A stretch of 32,000 bases of DNA. It comes from Candidatus Lokiarchaeum ossiferum (GTDB taxonomy: Archaea > Asgardarchaeota > Lokiarchaeia > Sigyniarchaeales > Promethearchaeaceae). Made by a program: the position numbers and the translations under genes. Position 1 is the first letter of the stretch. Every line of letters begins with the position of its first letter. The stretch is from positions 1,950,001 through 1,982,000 of the forward strand of contig CP104013.1 in assembly GCA_025839675.1 (NCBI GenBank), in the 5' to 3' direction. The notes under the pieces were generated by a model that was not told the origin of the DNA, ran no database searches, and was given only the letters and a program-made list of their open reading frames with translations. Positions 1 through 8,926 of this stretch are shown piece after piece.

Positions 1-660
1 GTATGGTCCAGTTCCAATTAATGTGTCCTTCATAGGCTGTATAATATTATCCAGAGAAAAATAGTTGCCTTCTGGTAAAATAACCGACCCCGTGTGGCAC
101 AATAAGGCTTCAAATGCAGTAAATTTGTAGTTTAAAACAAATCTTACATGAGTAGAATTTAATACTTCCGTGCGATTAATTAAAAGAGGAGTAACAGGAA
201 AATTGGCTTTCAAGGGCATATATAATCTCGCAATTGGCGTGGGAGTCTGGTTTAAACAGAAAAGAGTTAATCTATCAAAAGAAAATACCACATCCTCAGG
301 ACCAAATGAAGAATCATCATGGAATGATATATTTTGTTTTAACTCAAGAGTGTAATTCCATTGTGAATTGTAATATCCAAGATTAGATTTGACCCATTGC
401 CCAAAATCTACAGCCAGCAGGGGCATAATTGAACACTCTGGATCAGTTAAATTATAAGAAAAAAGCCCTTCCATTATTTGATCGATCATTTCAAAGGAAG
501 CACGGTCATTGGCCAAATGAGGATCTAGATCTACTGCAAGCAAAGATTTACCGTAAATCATGGGTCGATCTTCTAAATTAGATTCTCCAGAAGCTAGGAG
601 GGGGTAGAATAAACATCCAGTTAGGAACATAAATAGAAGTATGAATGAATTTGTTTTCAT
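1..660 (-). CDS. ABC transporter substrate-binding protein, family 5 (peptide/nickel, OppA/DppA-like); N-terminal 220 codons, gene runs off the left edge
   Basis: Absent from the supplied ORF track because it has no stop inside the window. The reverse complement starts with ATG at 660..658 and reads MKTNSFILLFMFLTGCLFYPLLASGESNLEDRPMIYGKSLLAVDLDPHLANDRASFEMIDQIMEGLFSYNL...ISFHDDSSFGPEDVVFSFDRL...LIGTGPY with no stop down to position 1. It has a signal peptide with a lipobox-like LTGC and conserved blocks typical of SBP family 5 (D-x-A-x-D..S...I-x-Q-I-x-EGL; FHDxxxFxxxDVxFSFxR). Confidence 0.8.
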   Translation of the reverse strand, partial: MKTNSFILLFMFLTGCLFYPLLASGESNLEDRPMIYGKSLLAVDLDPHLANDRASFEMIDQIMEGLFSYNLTDPECSIMPLLAVDFGQWVKSNLGYYNSQWNYTLELKQNISFHDDSSFGPEDVVFSFDRLTLFCLNQTPTPIARLYMPLKANFPVTPLLINRTEVLNSTHVRFVLNYKFTAFEALLCHTGSVILPEGNYFSLDNIIQPMKDTLIGTGPY

Positions 661-931
661 AAAACTTTCCTTTCGTATATTTGGGGATCTATAATAGAAA
701 ATAGTGGCAAGCTTATTTTAAAGTAGTGGAAAAAGTCTCCACCAATCCTTATGTTAAGAACAAAATTAGTAATCCTCAAATTAAAGATTGTAGATCAAAT
801 TGTATTTCTGAGTATTCCATGTGAACACCTGAGGTTTTGTAGGAGTGGATTTATTTACGAAATTTCGAATAGTAACAATACTAAGACTTTTTTTTTAACT
901 ATAAAAAGTCAATGAGAAATAAGTGAAAATA

Positions 932-1402
932 ATGGTTGATACATCGAATGTAATTAGAAACGGTCCAAAAGTGACCCGTCCGAACATGACAAATGCCACT
1001 TCGGAGAAACAAATTGACGCATACTTTGATATGGCAAACCCAGAAGCAAAATGGCGGAATATAATAATTATTGTAGTGGGTTTGATGAATCTGATATTAA
1101 TAGGAATAATGTTTGCCTACATTGAAGATGAATTTTGGTTAGTGGTGGCGATAATAGTTGCCGTGATAACAATTTTCCCTGCAATTTTATTGGTATTTAA
1201 AAAAAAATCAGAATATCGTTTCTTTACTTATTGCATCAATGTGTACGGGATAGTGGCAGCGATATCCATTTTTAGTGCTATCATGATACTTCCAATTATA
1301 ATTACTTTAGTTTTCATGGTTGATGTAATTTCTACGGATTTTGCGCTGCAACCTCAAGGAATAGCAAGTAAGAACATGGAAACGGATGAAAGATTGGATT
1401 AA
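932..1402 (+). CDS. hypothetical integral membrane protein
   Basis: The ORF track gives 923..1402 with a GTG start. I prefer the ATG at 932 because TATAAAAA at 900..907 lies about 28 nt upstream, the spacing expected for an archaeal TATA box driving a leaderless mRNA. Several hydrophobic helices are present (IIIIVVGLMNLILIGIMFAYI, WLVVAIIVAVITIFPAILLVF, GIVAAISIFSAIMILPIIITLVFMV). No family recognised. Confidence 0.5.
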   Translation: MVDTSNVIRNGPKVTRPNMTNATSEKQIDAYFDMANPEAKWRNIIIIVVGLMNLILIGIMFAYIEDEFWLVVAIIVAVITIFPAILLVFKKKSEYRFFTYCINVYGIVAAISIFSAIMILPIIITLVFMVDVISTDFALQPQGIASKNMETDERLD

Positions 1403-1988
1403 ACGAAACACAAACCAAAGAATATGAAGGATATGGCACTTGCAGTGAGAACTACGTGTGAAAATAAACTCGCTGTAAGGATATTTTTTATCATCTTTTT
1501 TTTCACCCTGTAAGCATGGATACATAACTTGTCTTAAATAAAATTATGGATCTTTCTAAAGCAAAATCTTTAAACTAAGTAAAGAAGAGACGAGAAACGT
1601 ATTCAATATTCTTCCATTAATAAAAATATGGAACGAATAAGAGAATATATTTTAAGCGATTATTTTCCGAATATGCAAAATATTTTCCGTAGTTTTTTAT
1701 ACTACATTTACCAATAAATTGTTAATGAACTTACATAACAGTAATATTACTGCCACATTAGGAACAACAACAAAAACAAATTCTCTGTCGATATATCTTC
1801 CAAAAGGAGTCATACGTTTCATTAATCACTTGAAAAATACGTGGAAAGTATATCTTATTACCTCAATAACAGCCCTTATCTTTTTCATCTTATTTCAATT
1901 GGAGATTGCAATGCAACCGGAAGGATGGCGCGCCTATCAATTTCCCTAATAACAATTTTAAAAAAGTGGTAGGGGTAAAAGAGAAAAA

Positions 1989-3212
1989 TTAAGATCTGCT
2001 AGAATCCTTCTTGATTCTATTGAGTAAGCTAAGCGAAGTACCCATGGAAACCAGAACAATTAATATAGGAATGAAAGAAACTACACTTTGTTTTTCTAGG
2101 TAATGGGCAACAAAGTCGATTTCCGGCATCGATGCTAAGGGAAAGTAATCCATCTCAGTTTTTAAAGATCCGCCTTTGTATATCGAATACGGGATGCTCC
2201 AAAATTCACCATCATTTGTTGCATCAGGATAACGTTGAGAATAATTTCCCCAGTAGTTCCCAGAAGTACCATCATCCCATAGATTATAACCGGGAGTATC
2301 ATCAAAAGCTTCATAGAAACTATTGTTCGCAATAATATTCCCATAAATCATATTATTACGGGTATTACGAAGCACTTTCACACCAATAGAATTATTGACA
2401 ATTATGTTGTTCCGAACTGTGTTATTATAATTTTGACCTGCATAAAGTTCAACTCCGGTTTCCAAGTTGAACCGAATAATATTGTTGTAAACATCACAAT
2501 AGGAAGAAAACATGATTGAGCACCCCATTTGAGGATTATTTTCAATTATGTTATAATATGCTTCAGCATATTTAGAGACATCAAGATCTAATCCGATCTG
2601 GCCATTATAAGTGATTTTATTCCCTACATATCTATTATAATCATCCATAAATGTATAAATACCTACTTCAGAATTATTTGTGATCAAACATTCAATCACT
2701 TCAATTTCATCACATTCCTTCGAAAACATTCCCACAAAACTATTAGCAGCAATACAATTTTCAAATTTAACATTACTGCATCGATAAAGTGTAAAAGCAG
2801 ATTTAGATTCTCGGGTACCAGCATTGAATCCAGTACAATTTCGAAATACAACATGTTCATCAGAATTTTCAATTCGAAAAGCGCATCCTTCACCACCAGC
2901 ATCAATAATTAAATTCTCAAATAAATAAGGAGATAAGCGAGTTCCTCGTCCGGTGACATAAGGGCAATCTTTCCAATCTTGACCCTCAATTAAAGGATCA
3001 ATATAGACTTTTTCATGAGTACCTACCAAAGTAAGAGGTAGTATGAGGCTTTCAGACAAAGAATTATCCAATACAGAAATACTCGGAAGCGAAGGACGAG
3101 CAGGAACAAGAGGAAAGGAACAATACATCAAACCAATGCAAAAAAAACCGAAAAATAATACCGAATGATATTTTTTGGTGGTGTTGAACCAATGCAGATG
3201 ATTTTTTATCAT
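1989..3212 (-). CDS. right-handed parallel beta-helix repeat (NosD/CASH-like) surface protein with N-terminal signal/TM and C-terminal TM anchor
   Basis: 407 aa. It contains repeated PbH1-like units rich in N/G/I/V (e.g. VRNNIIVNNSIGVKVLRNTRNNMIYGNIIANNS, IECLITNNSEVGIYTF). There is an N-terminal hydrophobic segment (VLFFGFFCIGLMYCSFPLVPA). The C-terminal hydrophobic segment is followed by a basic tail (VVSFIPILIVLVSMGTSLSLLNRIKKDSSRS). Many N-x-S/T sequons. Confidence 0.75.
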   Translation of the reverse strand: MIKNHLHWFNTTKKYHSVLFFGFFCIGLMYCSFPLVPARPSLPSISVLDNSLSESLILPLTLVGTHEKVYIDPLIEGQDWKDCPYVTGRGTRLSPYLFENLIIDAGGEGCAFRIENSDEHVVFRNCTGFNAGTRESKSAFTLYRCSNVKFENCIAANSFVGMFSKECDEIEVIECLITNNSEVGIYTFMDDYNRYVGNKITYNGQIGLDLDVSKYAEAYYNIIENNPQMGCSIMFSSYCDVYNNIIRFNLETGVELYAGQNYNNTVRNNIIVNNSIGVKVLRNTRNNMIYGNIIANNSFYEAFDDTPGYNLWDDGTSGNYWGNYSQRYPDATNDGEFWSIPYSIYKGGSLKTEMDYFPLASMPEIDFVAHYLEKQSVVSFIPILIVLVSMGTSLSLLNRIKKDSSRS

Positions 3213-3562
3213 TATGATTTTCTAAGTAAATACGAGCATAAAAATTTTTTGAAATATGAAAAATTAAAAATACTTGGTTAAATGAACATTAACTCAATTA
3301 ATTTGAAATAAATCCGAATTTGAAAGAAATTCAATTTTCATAGAATTTTTAGACCATTTAAATTCCTTCCAGATTTAGAGCAGAATTTCTTGAGAATAAA
3401 CTCATTTACTCGAAATGAATAACAAATTTTAATAATACTTAATCCCAAAAGCACATTTAATACAAAAGAAAGAATTATTTGAGATATTTTAAGAAATATT
3501 ACACTTTTAGTAAATTTCATTTCAACTCAAAATTAATTAGAACCAACTTCATATGACTTACC

Positions 3563-4468
3563 ATGAGCTTGAAAGGTAAGATTGCATTGATAACAGGTGC
3601 CAGCAGAGGAGCGGGACGTGGAATTGCAATTGAACTGGCACAAGAAAGAGTTAAAGTTTATATCACTGGGAGAAGTCGAAGAGGGAAAAAGGAAACAACT
3701 CAACATAAGAAGCTCACCTTAGATGACACAACCGACATCATTACAAAAATGGGAGGTCGTGCTATACCAATCACCTGCGATCATACCCAAGAAAAAGAAA
3801 TTAGAAATGTTTTTAATCAGATTAACCGTGATGAAGGAAAATTGGATATCCTAGTGAATAATGTCTGGGGAGGTTATATGGGAGAATATGGAAAATTGGA
3901 CATAGAGACCGCATCATTTTCAGCCCCCTTTTGGGAACAACCACTTTGGCGATTTGATAAGATGTTCAATACTGCTTTGCGAGCTCATTATATAGCATCC
4001 CAACTCGCAGCACCACTCATGATGGCTCAAAACGAAGGATTAATTATCACCACATCTTTTTGGGATCAAGATAAATATATCTCGAATTTGCCCTATGATC
4101 TAGTTAAAATGGCTAAAAAACGTCTCAGCTATGGCATGGCTATTGAATTACAACCCTACAACATCACCGCCATAACTATTGGATTAGGTTGGATTCGGAC
4201 CGAACATTTGAAGAATGAAAATGACTTAGATGATGAAAACTATAAGCATCGTGAGGGATTTGAACTAACTGAATCTACGAGATATGTCGGAAGAGCAATA
4301 GTCGCTTTAGCATCAGATCCCAATAGGATAAAGTACACCGGAAAAGTACTTACAACAAGCGAACTGGCTCGAATATATCAATTTACAGATCTTGATGGAA
4401 CTCAACCCAAATATTTTTCGATACCTGATAAATCCAATGGAATAACTCAGAGACAGAGTCAAAAGTGA
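3563..4468 (+). CDS. short-chain dehydrogenase/reductase (SDR) family oxidoreductase
   Basis: 301 aa. Cofactor motif TGASRGAGRGIA (TGxxxGxG), NNVWGG (NNAG-like), and a candidate catalytic YDLVK (YxxxK). Confidence 0.85.
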   Translation: MSLKGKIALITGASRGAGRGIAIELAQERVKVYITGRSRRGKKETTQHKKLTLDDTTDIITKMGGRAIPITCDHTQEKEIRNVFNQINRDEGKLDILVNNVWGGYMGEYGKLDIETASFSAPFWEQPLWRFDKMFNTALRAHYIASQLAAPLMMAQNEGLIITTSFWDQDKYISNLPYDLVKMAKKRLSYGMAIELQPYNITAITIGLGWIRTEHLKNENDLDDENYKHREGFELTESTRYVGRAIVALASDPNRIKYTGKVLTTSELARIYQFTDLDGTQPKYFSIPDKSNGITQRQSQK

Positions 4469-4595
4469 TGGCACTCCTTTTCTTTCAAAATCAGAAATTT
4501 CTTCAAAAGCGAAAGAAGAAGGAAAATATGGAAAAATGATTATTTTTTTTATCTTTTCAATATTTCAAGTAAATTTTCATAATAAAGTATTCAAT

Positions 4596-5162
4596 TTAAA
4601 CTCTTAACGATGAACGGAACCCTCTAACACCGTAATAGGAAGGAGCGCTGTTATGATACACGAAGACCTTGTTGTAACGACGATCAGCGAAGAGAGCCCC
4701 TCCAAGTTTCCTAATATCAGCAGGTGTTTTTATCCAACTTGATGTTTTAGTATCGAATTTTCCAAGTTTCTGTAACTCCCGATAATCATCCTCAGATAAA
4801 AGCTCAACACCCATGTTAGCGGCCATATCTATAGCATTATTTTCGGGTTTGTTTTTCTTTCTTGCTTCTAACCCCTTCCGATCATAACAGACACTTCTAC
4901 GACCTTTAGGACTTTCAGTCGAACAATCAAAAAAAATATATTCATCCATTTTTTTGTCATAACCAATTACATCCGGTTCTCCACCAGTCTTTTCCATTTC
5001 ATTTAGAGACCACATTTTTTCGGGTTTTGCAAGTAATTTTACTGCAATTTTGCCCCATTCAAAACCTTTATGGCGCTTAGAATTTTTCTCAAAACGAACT
5101 TTCAATATTCTGAGTAAGACTTCACTTCTTTCTGAAATCAATTTTTTATTGATTTTTGACAT
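4596..5162 (-). CDS. DUF4256 domain-containing protein
   Basis: The sequence closely matches my recollection of the DUF4256 family along its full length (RFEKNxxRHKGxEW...WSLNEMEKTGGEPDVIGYD...YIFFDCSxESPKGRRSxCYD...KPENNAIDMAAxMGxELL...KTSSWxKTPxDIRKLGGALFxDRRY...VYHNxAxSYYxxRGFRxSLRV). I prefer the start MSKINKK (ATG at 5162) to the track start at 5222. Confidence 0.85.
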   Translation of the reverse strand: MSKINKKLISERSEVLLRILKVRFEKNSKRHKGFEWGKIAVKLLAKPEKMWSLNEMEKTGGEPDVIGYDKKMDEYIFFDCSTESPKGRRSVCYDRKGLEARKKNKPENNAIDMAANMGVELLSEDDYRELQKLGKFDTKTSSWIKTPADIRKLGGALFADRRYNKVFVYHNSAPSYYGVRGFRSSLRV

Positions 5163-5233
5163 AGTCACAATACTCTTCTCGTGTTTAAAAAGTGATCGTA
5201 TTAAAGAAAAACAACATATCACATCATGTTTAT

Positions 5234-5749
5234 ATGGCAGAACAAGAAGTTAAGTATATGAAAAAATCCTCATTACGAAACATAATTGCAATTATTGTAA
5301 TGCTTGTGTGCAATGCGATTATATTAATTACCCAACAAAGTCGTTTTGCATCCATTGGAGATGAAATAGGTGCTTTTGCGGCAATTATCGCCGCATCGAC
5401 GATCATATCTGGATTCTTGGGAGGTTTAATTGCCCCTTATACATTTAAAAAAGTGATTCTTTATATTGAGATAATTTTAGTGATATGTGTTCTTGTAGGG
5501 GGAATAATTTTAATTTCACTCGGACAGGAAATTGGAAGCTCCGGAAACCCGTTCGCCGATTTGGCAATAATCCTAATAGTCGTCATCTTGACTGTGGCAA
5601 TTCTCATTTTTGGAGTAGTCTCAAGTATTGGGTTCTTTTTAGGGGCATTTATTGGGAGCAAAGTTGGAAAATCCTTTACATCTAATTATACAGAGGAAAA
5701 TCAGGCAACCACAAATTTTGGAGATTCTCCTTTTCAGAGTCAGATGTAA
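5234..5749 (+). CDS. hypothetical integral membrane protein (Gly/Ile-rich, multi-pass)
   Basis: Track ORF 5192..5749. I prefer the ATG at 5234 (MAEQEVKYMKK...), which avoids most of the overlap with the DUF4256 gene. Four or five hydrophobic helices. No family recognised. Confidence 0.55.
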   Translation: MAEQEVKYMKKSSLRNIIAIIVMLVCNAIILITQQSRFASIGDEIGAFAAIIAASTIISGFLGGLIAPYTFKKVILYIEIILVICVLVGGIILISLGQEIGSSGNPFADLAIILIVVILTVAILIFGVVSSIGFFLGAFIGSKVGKSFTSNYTEENQATTNFGDSPFQSQM

Positions 5750-5847
5750 TTCATTTCAAAATAGACTTTTTTAATGTTTTATCTATATTTTCTTTTATTT
5801 ATTTCCTTGATCTTGAAAAAAAACAAGCATTTTTCACCAAAATAAAA

Positions 5848-6600
5848 TTAAAAAAACCTACTTAAAGATCTACGTTTATAATATCGACAAAATGAAGAAA
5901 AAGGACACTTATTGCAATCAGGATTAGGTAATTTACATAATACAGCCCCAAAATCCATAATACCTTGATTAAATTCCCAATAATCTTCTTGAGGCAACAA
6001 TTGTTCTGCAATTAACCAAAAAATTTTATTTTTTTCTGCTGAAGAGAGAGGCAGTTTAATATCTTGTAATAAAAGACGACCATAAACGCGTTCTACGTTG
6101 GTGTCCACTAAGGGAGATCGCATATTCAGAGCAAAACTCATTACTGCCCCAGCAGTATATTCCCCAATACCCGGTAATGCCAAAATATCAGAACTATTGG
6201 TTGGAAATTGTCCATTGTAATCATTAATTATAATTTGGGCCGTTTTTTGAAGGTTACGGGCACGATTATAATATCCCAATCCTCCCCATAATTCAATAAC
6301 TGTTTCTTCTTTCGTGATTGCAAGGGTTGCAAAATCAGGGATCTGTTCAATAAATCGATGAAAAAACCCAATAACTCTATCCACTTGGGTTTGTTGAAGC
6401 ATGATCTCTGAAAGTAAGATTTTATAAGGATCGCGGGTGTGTCTCCATGGTAAATCCCGACCATATTTTTTGAACCAGCGCACTAAACGCGCTCCAAAAA
6501 ATTCTTGAATTGCTTTAAATTCTGGAGTGAGAATAAATTCATTCCACTTCTCTAAAGTATTAATTTTTGTTGGAACGGGGCTAATGGTATGAGCGGCCAT
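5848..6600 (-). CDS. mutY: A/G-specific adenine glycosylase-like HhH-GPD/Fe-S DNA glycosylase (MutY/Mig type, catalytic domain only)
   Basis: 250 aa. LPWRHTRDPYKILLSEIMLQQTQVDRV is the MutY N-terminal signature. The HhH motif LPGIGEYTAGAVMSFA lacks the EndoIII catalytic Lys, and the catalytic Asp lies in VDTNVERV. The 4Fe-4S loop is CKLPNPDCNKCPFSSFC. The protein ends just after the cluster, so there is no NUDIX-like C-terminal domain. Confidence 0.85.
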   Translation of the reverse strand: MAAHTISPVPTKINTLEKWNEFILTPEFKAIQEFFGARLVRWFKKYGRDLPWRHTRDPYKILLSEIMLQQTQVDRVIGFFHRFIEQIPDFATLAITKEETVIELWGGLGYYNRARNLQKTAQIIINDYNGQFPTNSSDILALPGIGEYTAGAVMSFALNMRSPLVDTNVERVYGRLLLQDIKLPLSSAEKNKIFWLIAEQLLPQEDYWEFNQGIMDFGAVLCKLPNPDCNKCPFSSFCRYYKRRSLSRFF

Positions 6601-6664
6601 CTAGATACACAAAATTAAAGAAAAGAAAAAAACATTGAGATCATAAATCATAACTACAAATTTA

Positions 6665-7822
6665 TTACGTACGACTAAAGCGTTTAAACGCAAGTACACC
6701 GAGAAGAAATACAAATGTACTAATTCCGGATAAAATTCCGATATTTCCCCATACAATACTACTAAAGGGATTTGCATTCCTTAAAAAGAGCGCTTTGAAG
6801 GTTTCTGTAACATAAAAGGAAGGCATCAACCGATTAGCAATGGTAGGCTCCCCCAGAGACACAAAAGTCCCTAAGAACATCATTGGCATTATAAATATAA
6901 AGGACATACCAGTTGCCATCCCCGAATTTTTGGAAAGAACTCCCGTAATCAACCCAAAACCCACACAAGTAAGTGAAAAGATCAAGCTTGCAATAAACCC
7001 AACGAAGAGATTCCCGAAGGTAATTTCCGGCGAATACCCGACAATTAATGCCATAATGAAAACTACAATTGTCTGAGCCATCGCAGCCGTCATGTTGGAA
7101 ATGGTTAAGCCAGTCATAATTTCATTGGATTTCGTTGGAGTTAGATAAATTCGTTTCATCATGCCTTGTTCTTTTTCTTTCGCTAATCCTTCTGCAATGG
7201 TCATAATCAAGAAAATCGTTGCAAAGGCAAAAAGTCCTGGCGCAAAATAATCGAAGGTTGTGTTTTTCTCAACTTCTACAAGATTTGGAACCCCAATTGA
7301 TACCGGGTTTTTAATACTGCTGGTCTCCGGACCATAGATGGTTTCAGTTAAAGCCTGTTGAATTACAGGAGGGATAAGATCTTTCACTACCATGGAACCT
7401 TGATCAAGCTGTAAAGAAAGACTCGAATTTACCCATGTAGATCCATTTAATGGATTTAACCAATAAGAATAGATACTTACCCCAAATCCTTCAGGAATAA
7501 CAACTAAGCCTGAAAGTTGACCTTCTTGAAGTTGATCTTCCGCATCATCTTGTGATAATTCGGTTTGGACTACCAGAATTTCATGACTGGAGAGATTCCC
7601 AATAAAATAATCAGCCCATTCGGAATAATCTCCATTCACATCTTCATTAATAACTGCAATCTTATAAGTTGTATCTTCAGTTGCACCAATGGCACCAAAT
7701 GAAAATCCAAATGCAATAGTCAATAAAACCGGAAATATTATTATGAGAAAAATTAAGGCCGGATCTTTTGTCATTCGAGTAAATTCTTTTGAAATAATAC
7801 CCTTAATTCGCTGCCACTTCAT
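6665..7822 (-). CDS. ABC-2 type transporter permease
   Basis: 385 aa. One N-terminal TM helix, a large extracytoplasmic domain of about 150 aa, then 5 C-terminal TM helices, which is the typical ABC-2 exporter permease layout. Its start codon abuts the stop of the upstream ATPase gene (7822/7823). Confidence 0.85.
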   Translation of the reverse strand: MKWQRIKGIISKEFTRMTKDPALIFLIIIFPVLLTIAFGFSFGAIGATEDTTYKIAVINEDVNGDYSEWADYFIGNLSSHEILVVQTELSQDDAEDQLQEGQLSGLVVIPEGFGVSIYSYWLNPLNGSTWVNSSLSLQLDQGSMVVKDLIPPVIQQALTETIYGPETSSIKNPVSIGVPNLVEVEKNTTFDYFAPGLFAFATIFLIMTIAEGLAKEKEQGMMKRIYLTPTKSNEIMTGLTISNMTAAMAQTIVVFIMALIVGYSPEITFGNLFVGFIASLIFSLTCVGFGLITGVLSKNSGMATGMSFIFIMPMMFLGTFVSLGEPTIANRLMPSFYVTETFKALFLRNANPFSSIVWGNIGILSGISTFVFLLGVLAFKRFSRT

Positions 7823-8587
7823 TTAAATGGCCTCCTGTAATCGTCGACCTGTGATTTGAATAAAAACATCTTCCAAAGTCTTGGCATCATATTTTTTCTT
7901 CAATCCTTTTGGAGTCCCTAATTCAATTAATTTTCCTTGATCAATTATACCAACACGATCGCATAAAGCTTCGGCTTCTTCAATGTAATGGGTTGTTAAA
8001 ATAATAGTCTTTCCTTTTTCCCTTAACTCATCGATAAACGCCCAGACTGCACGTCGAGATTGAGGATCCATCGCCACAGTAGGTTCATCGAGAAACACAA
8101 TTTCTGGTTCACTTATCAACGCAATAGCGGTATTAATCCTTCGGATCATACCTCCACTATATGTTTTGACTGTACGATCCGCATCTTCCGTTAAGTTTAG
8201 AGCATCAAGTAAGGTCTGAGTGCGTTCTTTCAATATTTTTTTTGGAACACAATGCAGATTACCAAAAAATTCAATATTCTTTCGGCCAGATAAAAAGCCA
8301 TATGTTGCCGGTTCTTGAGGACATACCCCAATAATTGCTTTAATCTCATCAGCTTGTTTTGATACATCATACCCTCCTATAATGGCAACACCACTCGTGG
8401 GTTTTAGTAACCCACATAAAATATTTAGAGTTGTTGTTTTTCCAGCCCCATTTGGACCTAAAAAACCATACAGTTCACCTTTTTTCACTTCCAAATTCAA
8501 TCCATCAACAGCAGTGACATTATCATCAAATATTTTCACCATGTCTGTTACAGAGATACAAATTTCTTCTTTCGTTTCAATAGTCAT
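7823..8587 (-). CDS. ABC transporter ATP-binding protein
   Basis: 254 aa. Walker A GPNGAGKTT, ABC signature YSGGMIRR, Walker B IVFLDEPT, and an H-loop in TTHYIEEA. Confidence 0.95.
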   Translation of the reverse strand: MTIETKEEICISVTDMVKIFDDNVTAVDGLNLEVKKGELYGFLGPNGAGKTTTLNILCGLLKPTSGVAIIGGYDVSKQADEIKAIIGVCPQEPATYGFLSGRKNIEFFGNLHCVPKKILKERTQTLLDALNLTEDADRTVKTYSGGMIRRINTAIALISEPEIVFLDEPTVAMDPQSRRAVWAFIDELREKGKTIILTTHYIEEAEALCDRVGIIDQGKLIELGTPKGLKKKYDAKTLEDVFIQITGRRLQEAI

Positions 8588-8926
8588 AAAATTACCACTT
8601 TTTATATATTAAGAAATTAAATTGAACTCTTGAATAAAAAGAAAATTTTCTCTGAACATGGAAAAAAGACCTAATTTAGTTATTTTTAGTTCCGATCTTT
8701 ATGTATGATGGGTGAAGAAAAAGAATACCCTCTTTCTTGCAAAACTGTATCGTGAGTGTTTAGATCCCCCATATCCAAAATTCAAACCAAATTCATTATA
8801 TCATAATAAATTCATGCAAATATCCATAATTCTGTTTTAAAAATAGATTTTCGAGCCATATGAGTAAATGGAAATAATGCAAGCATTTGGTATTTTTCTT
8901 ACTAATTTAAACTTGAAAAATAGATT

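Noticed and set aside
170-355. 61-aa plus-strand ORF from the track
   Set aside because: It lies entirely inside, and antisense to, the well-supported family-5 substrate-binding protein gene (1..660, minus strand). It has no recognisable features.
1307-1949. Small ORFs in the 586-bp gap after the membrane-protein gene (1307..1525 -, a 29-codon ORF at 1628..1717 +, 1719..1949 + with a TTG start)
   Set aside because: They have no recognisable domains, weak or non-ATG starts, and low-complexity composition. The 76-aa ORF has one hydrophobic helix and could be real, but I cannot support it from sequence alone.
2132-2905. Short ORFs nested in the beta-helix gene (2132..2335 +, 2162..2344 -, 2696..2905 -)
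   Set aside because: These are alternative-frame or antisense shadows of a long, repeat-supported CDS. The same reasoning applies to many other nested track ORFs:
- 5050..5253, 5461..5661, 5485..5685, 6228..6464, 6840..7076
- 8382..8612, 8998..9192, 9228..9512, 9298..9507, 11706..12020
- 17293..17664, 17895..18104, 20308..20508, 21527..21778, 22548..22739
- 24243..24566, 26830..27051, 26960..27166, 27438..27764, 28409..28940
- 28931..29299, 29260..29469, 29703..29945, 30328..30603, 30922..31323
3338-3520. 60-aa minus-strand ORF (MKFTKSVIFLKISQIILSFVLNVLLGLSII...) between the beta-helix and SDR genes
   Set aside because: It has a single hydrophobic stretch in very AT-rich DNA, no family resemblance and no clear ribosome-binding or TATA signal. 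It is not distinguishable from a chance ORF.
8588-8926. 339-bp intergenic region upstream of the ABC-2 exporter operon as a possible RNA gene
   Set aside because: It is AT-rich with only a TATA-like TTAATATATAAAAA close to the ATPase start. I saw no compositional island, repeat or stable helix.
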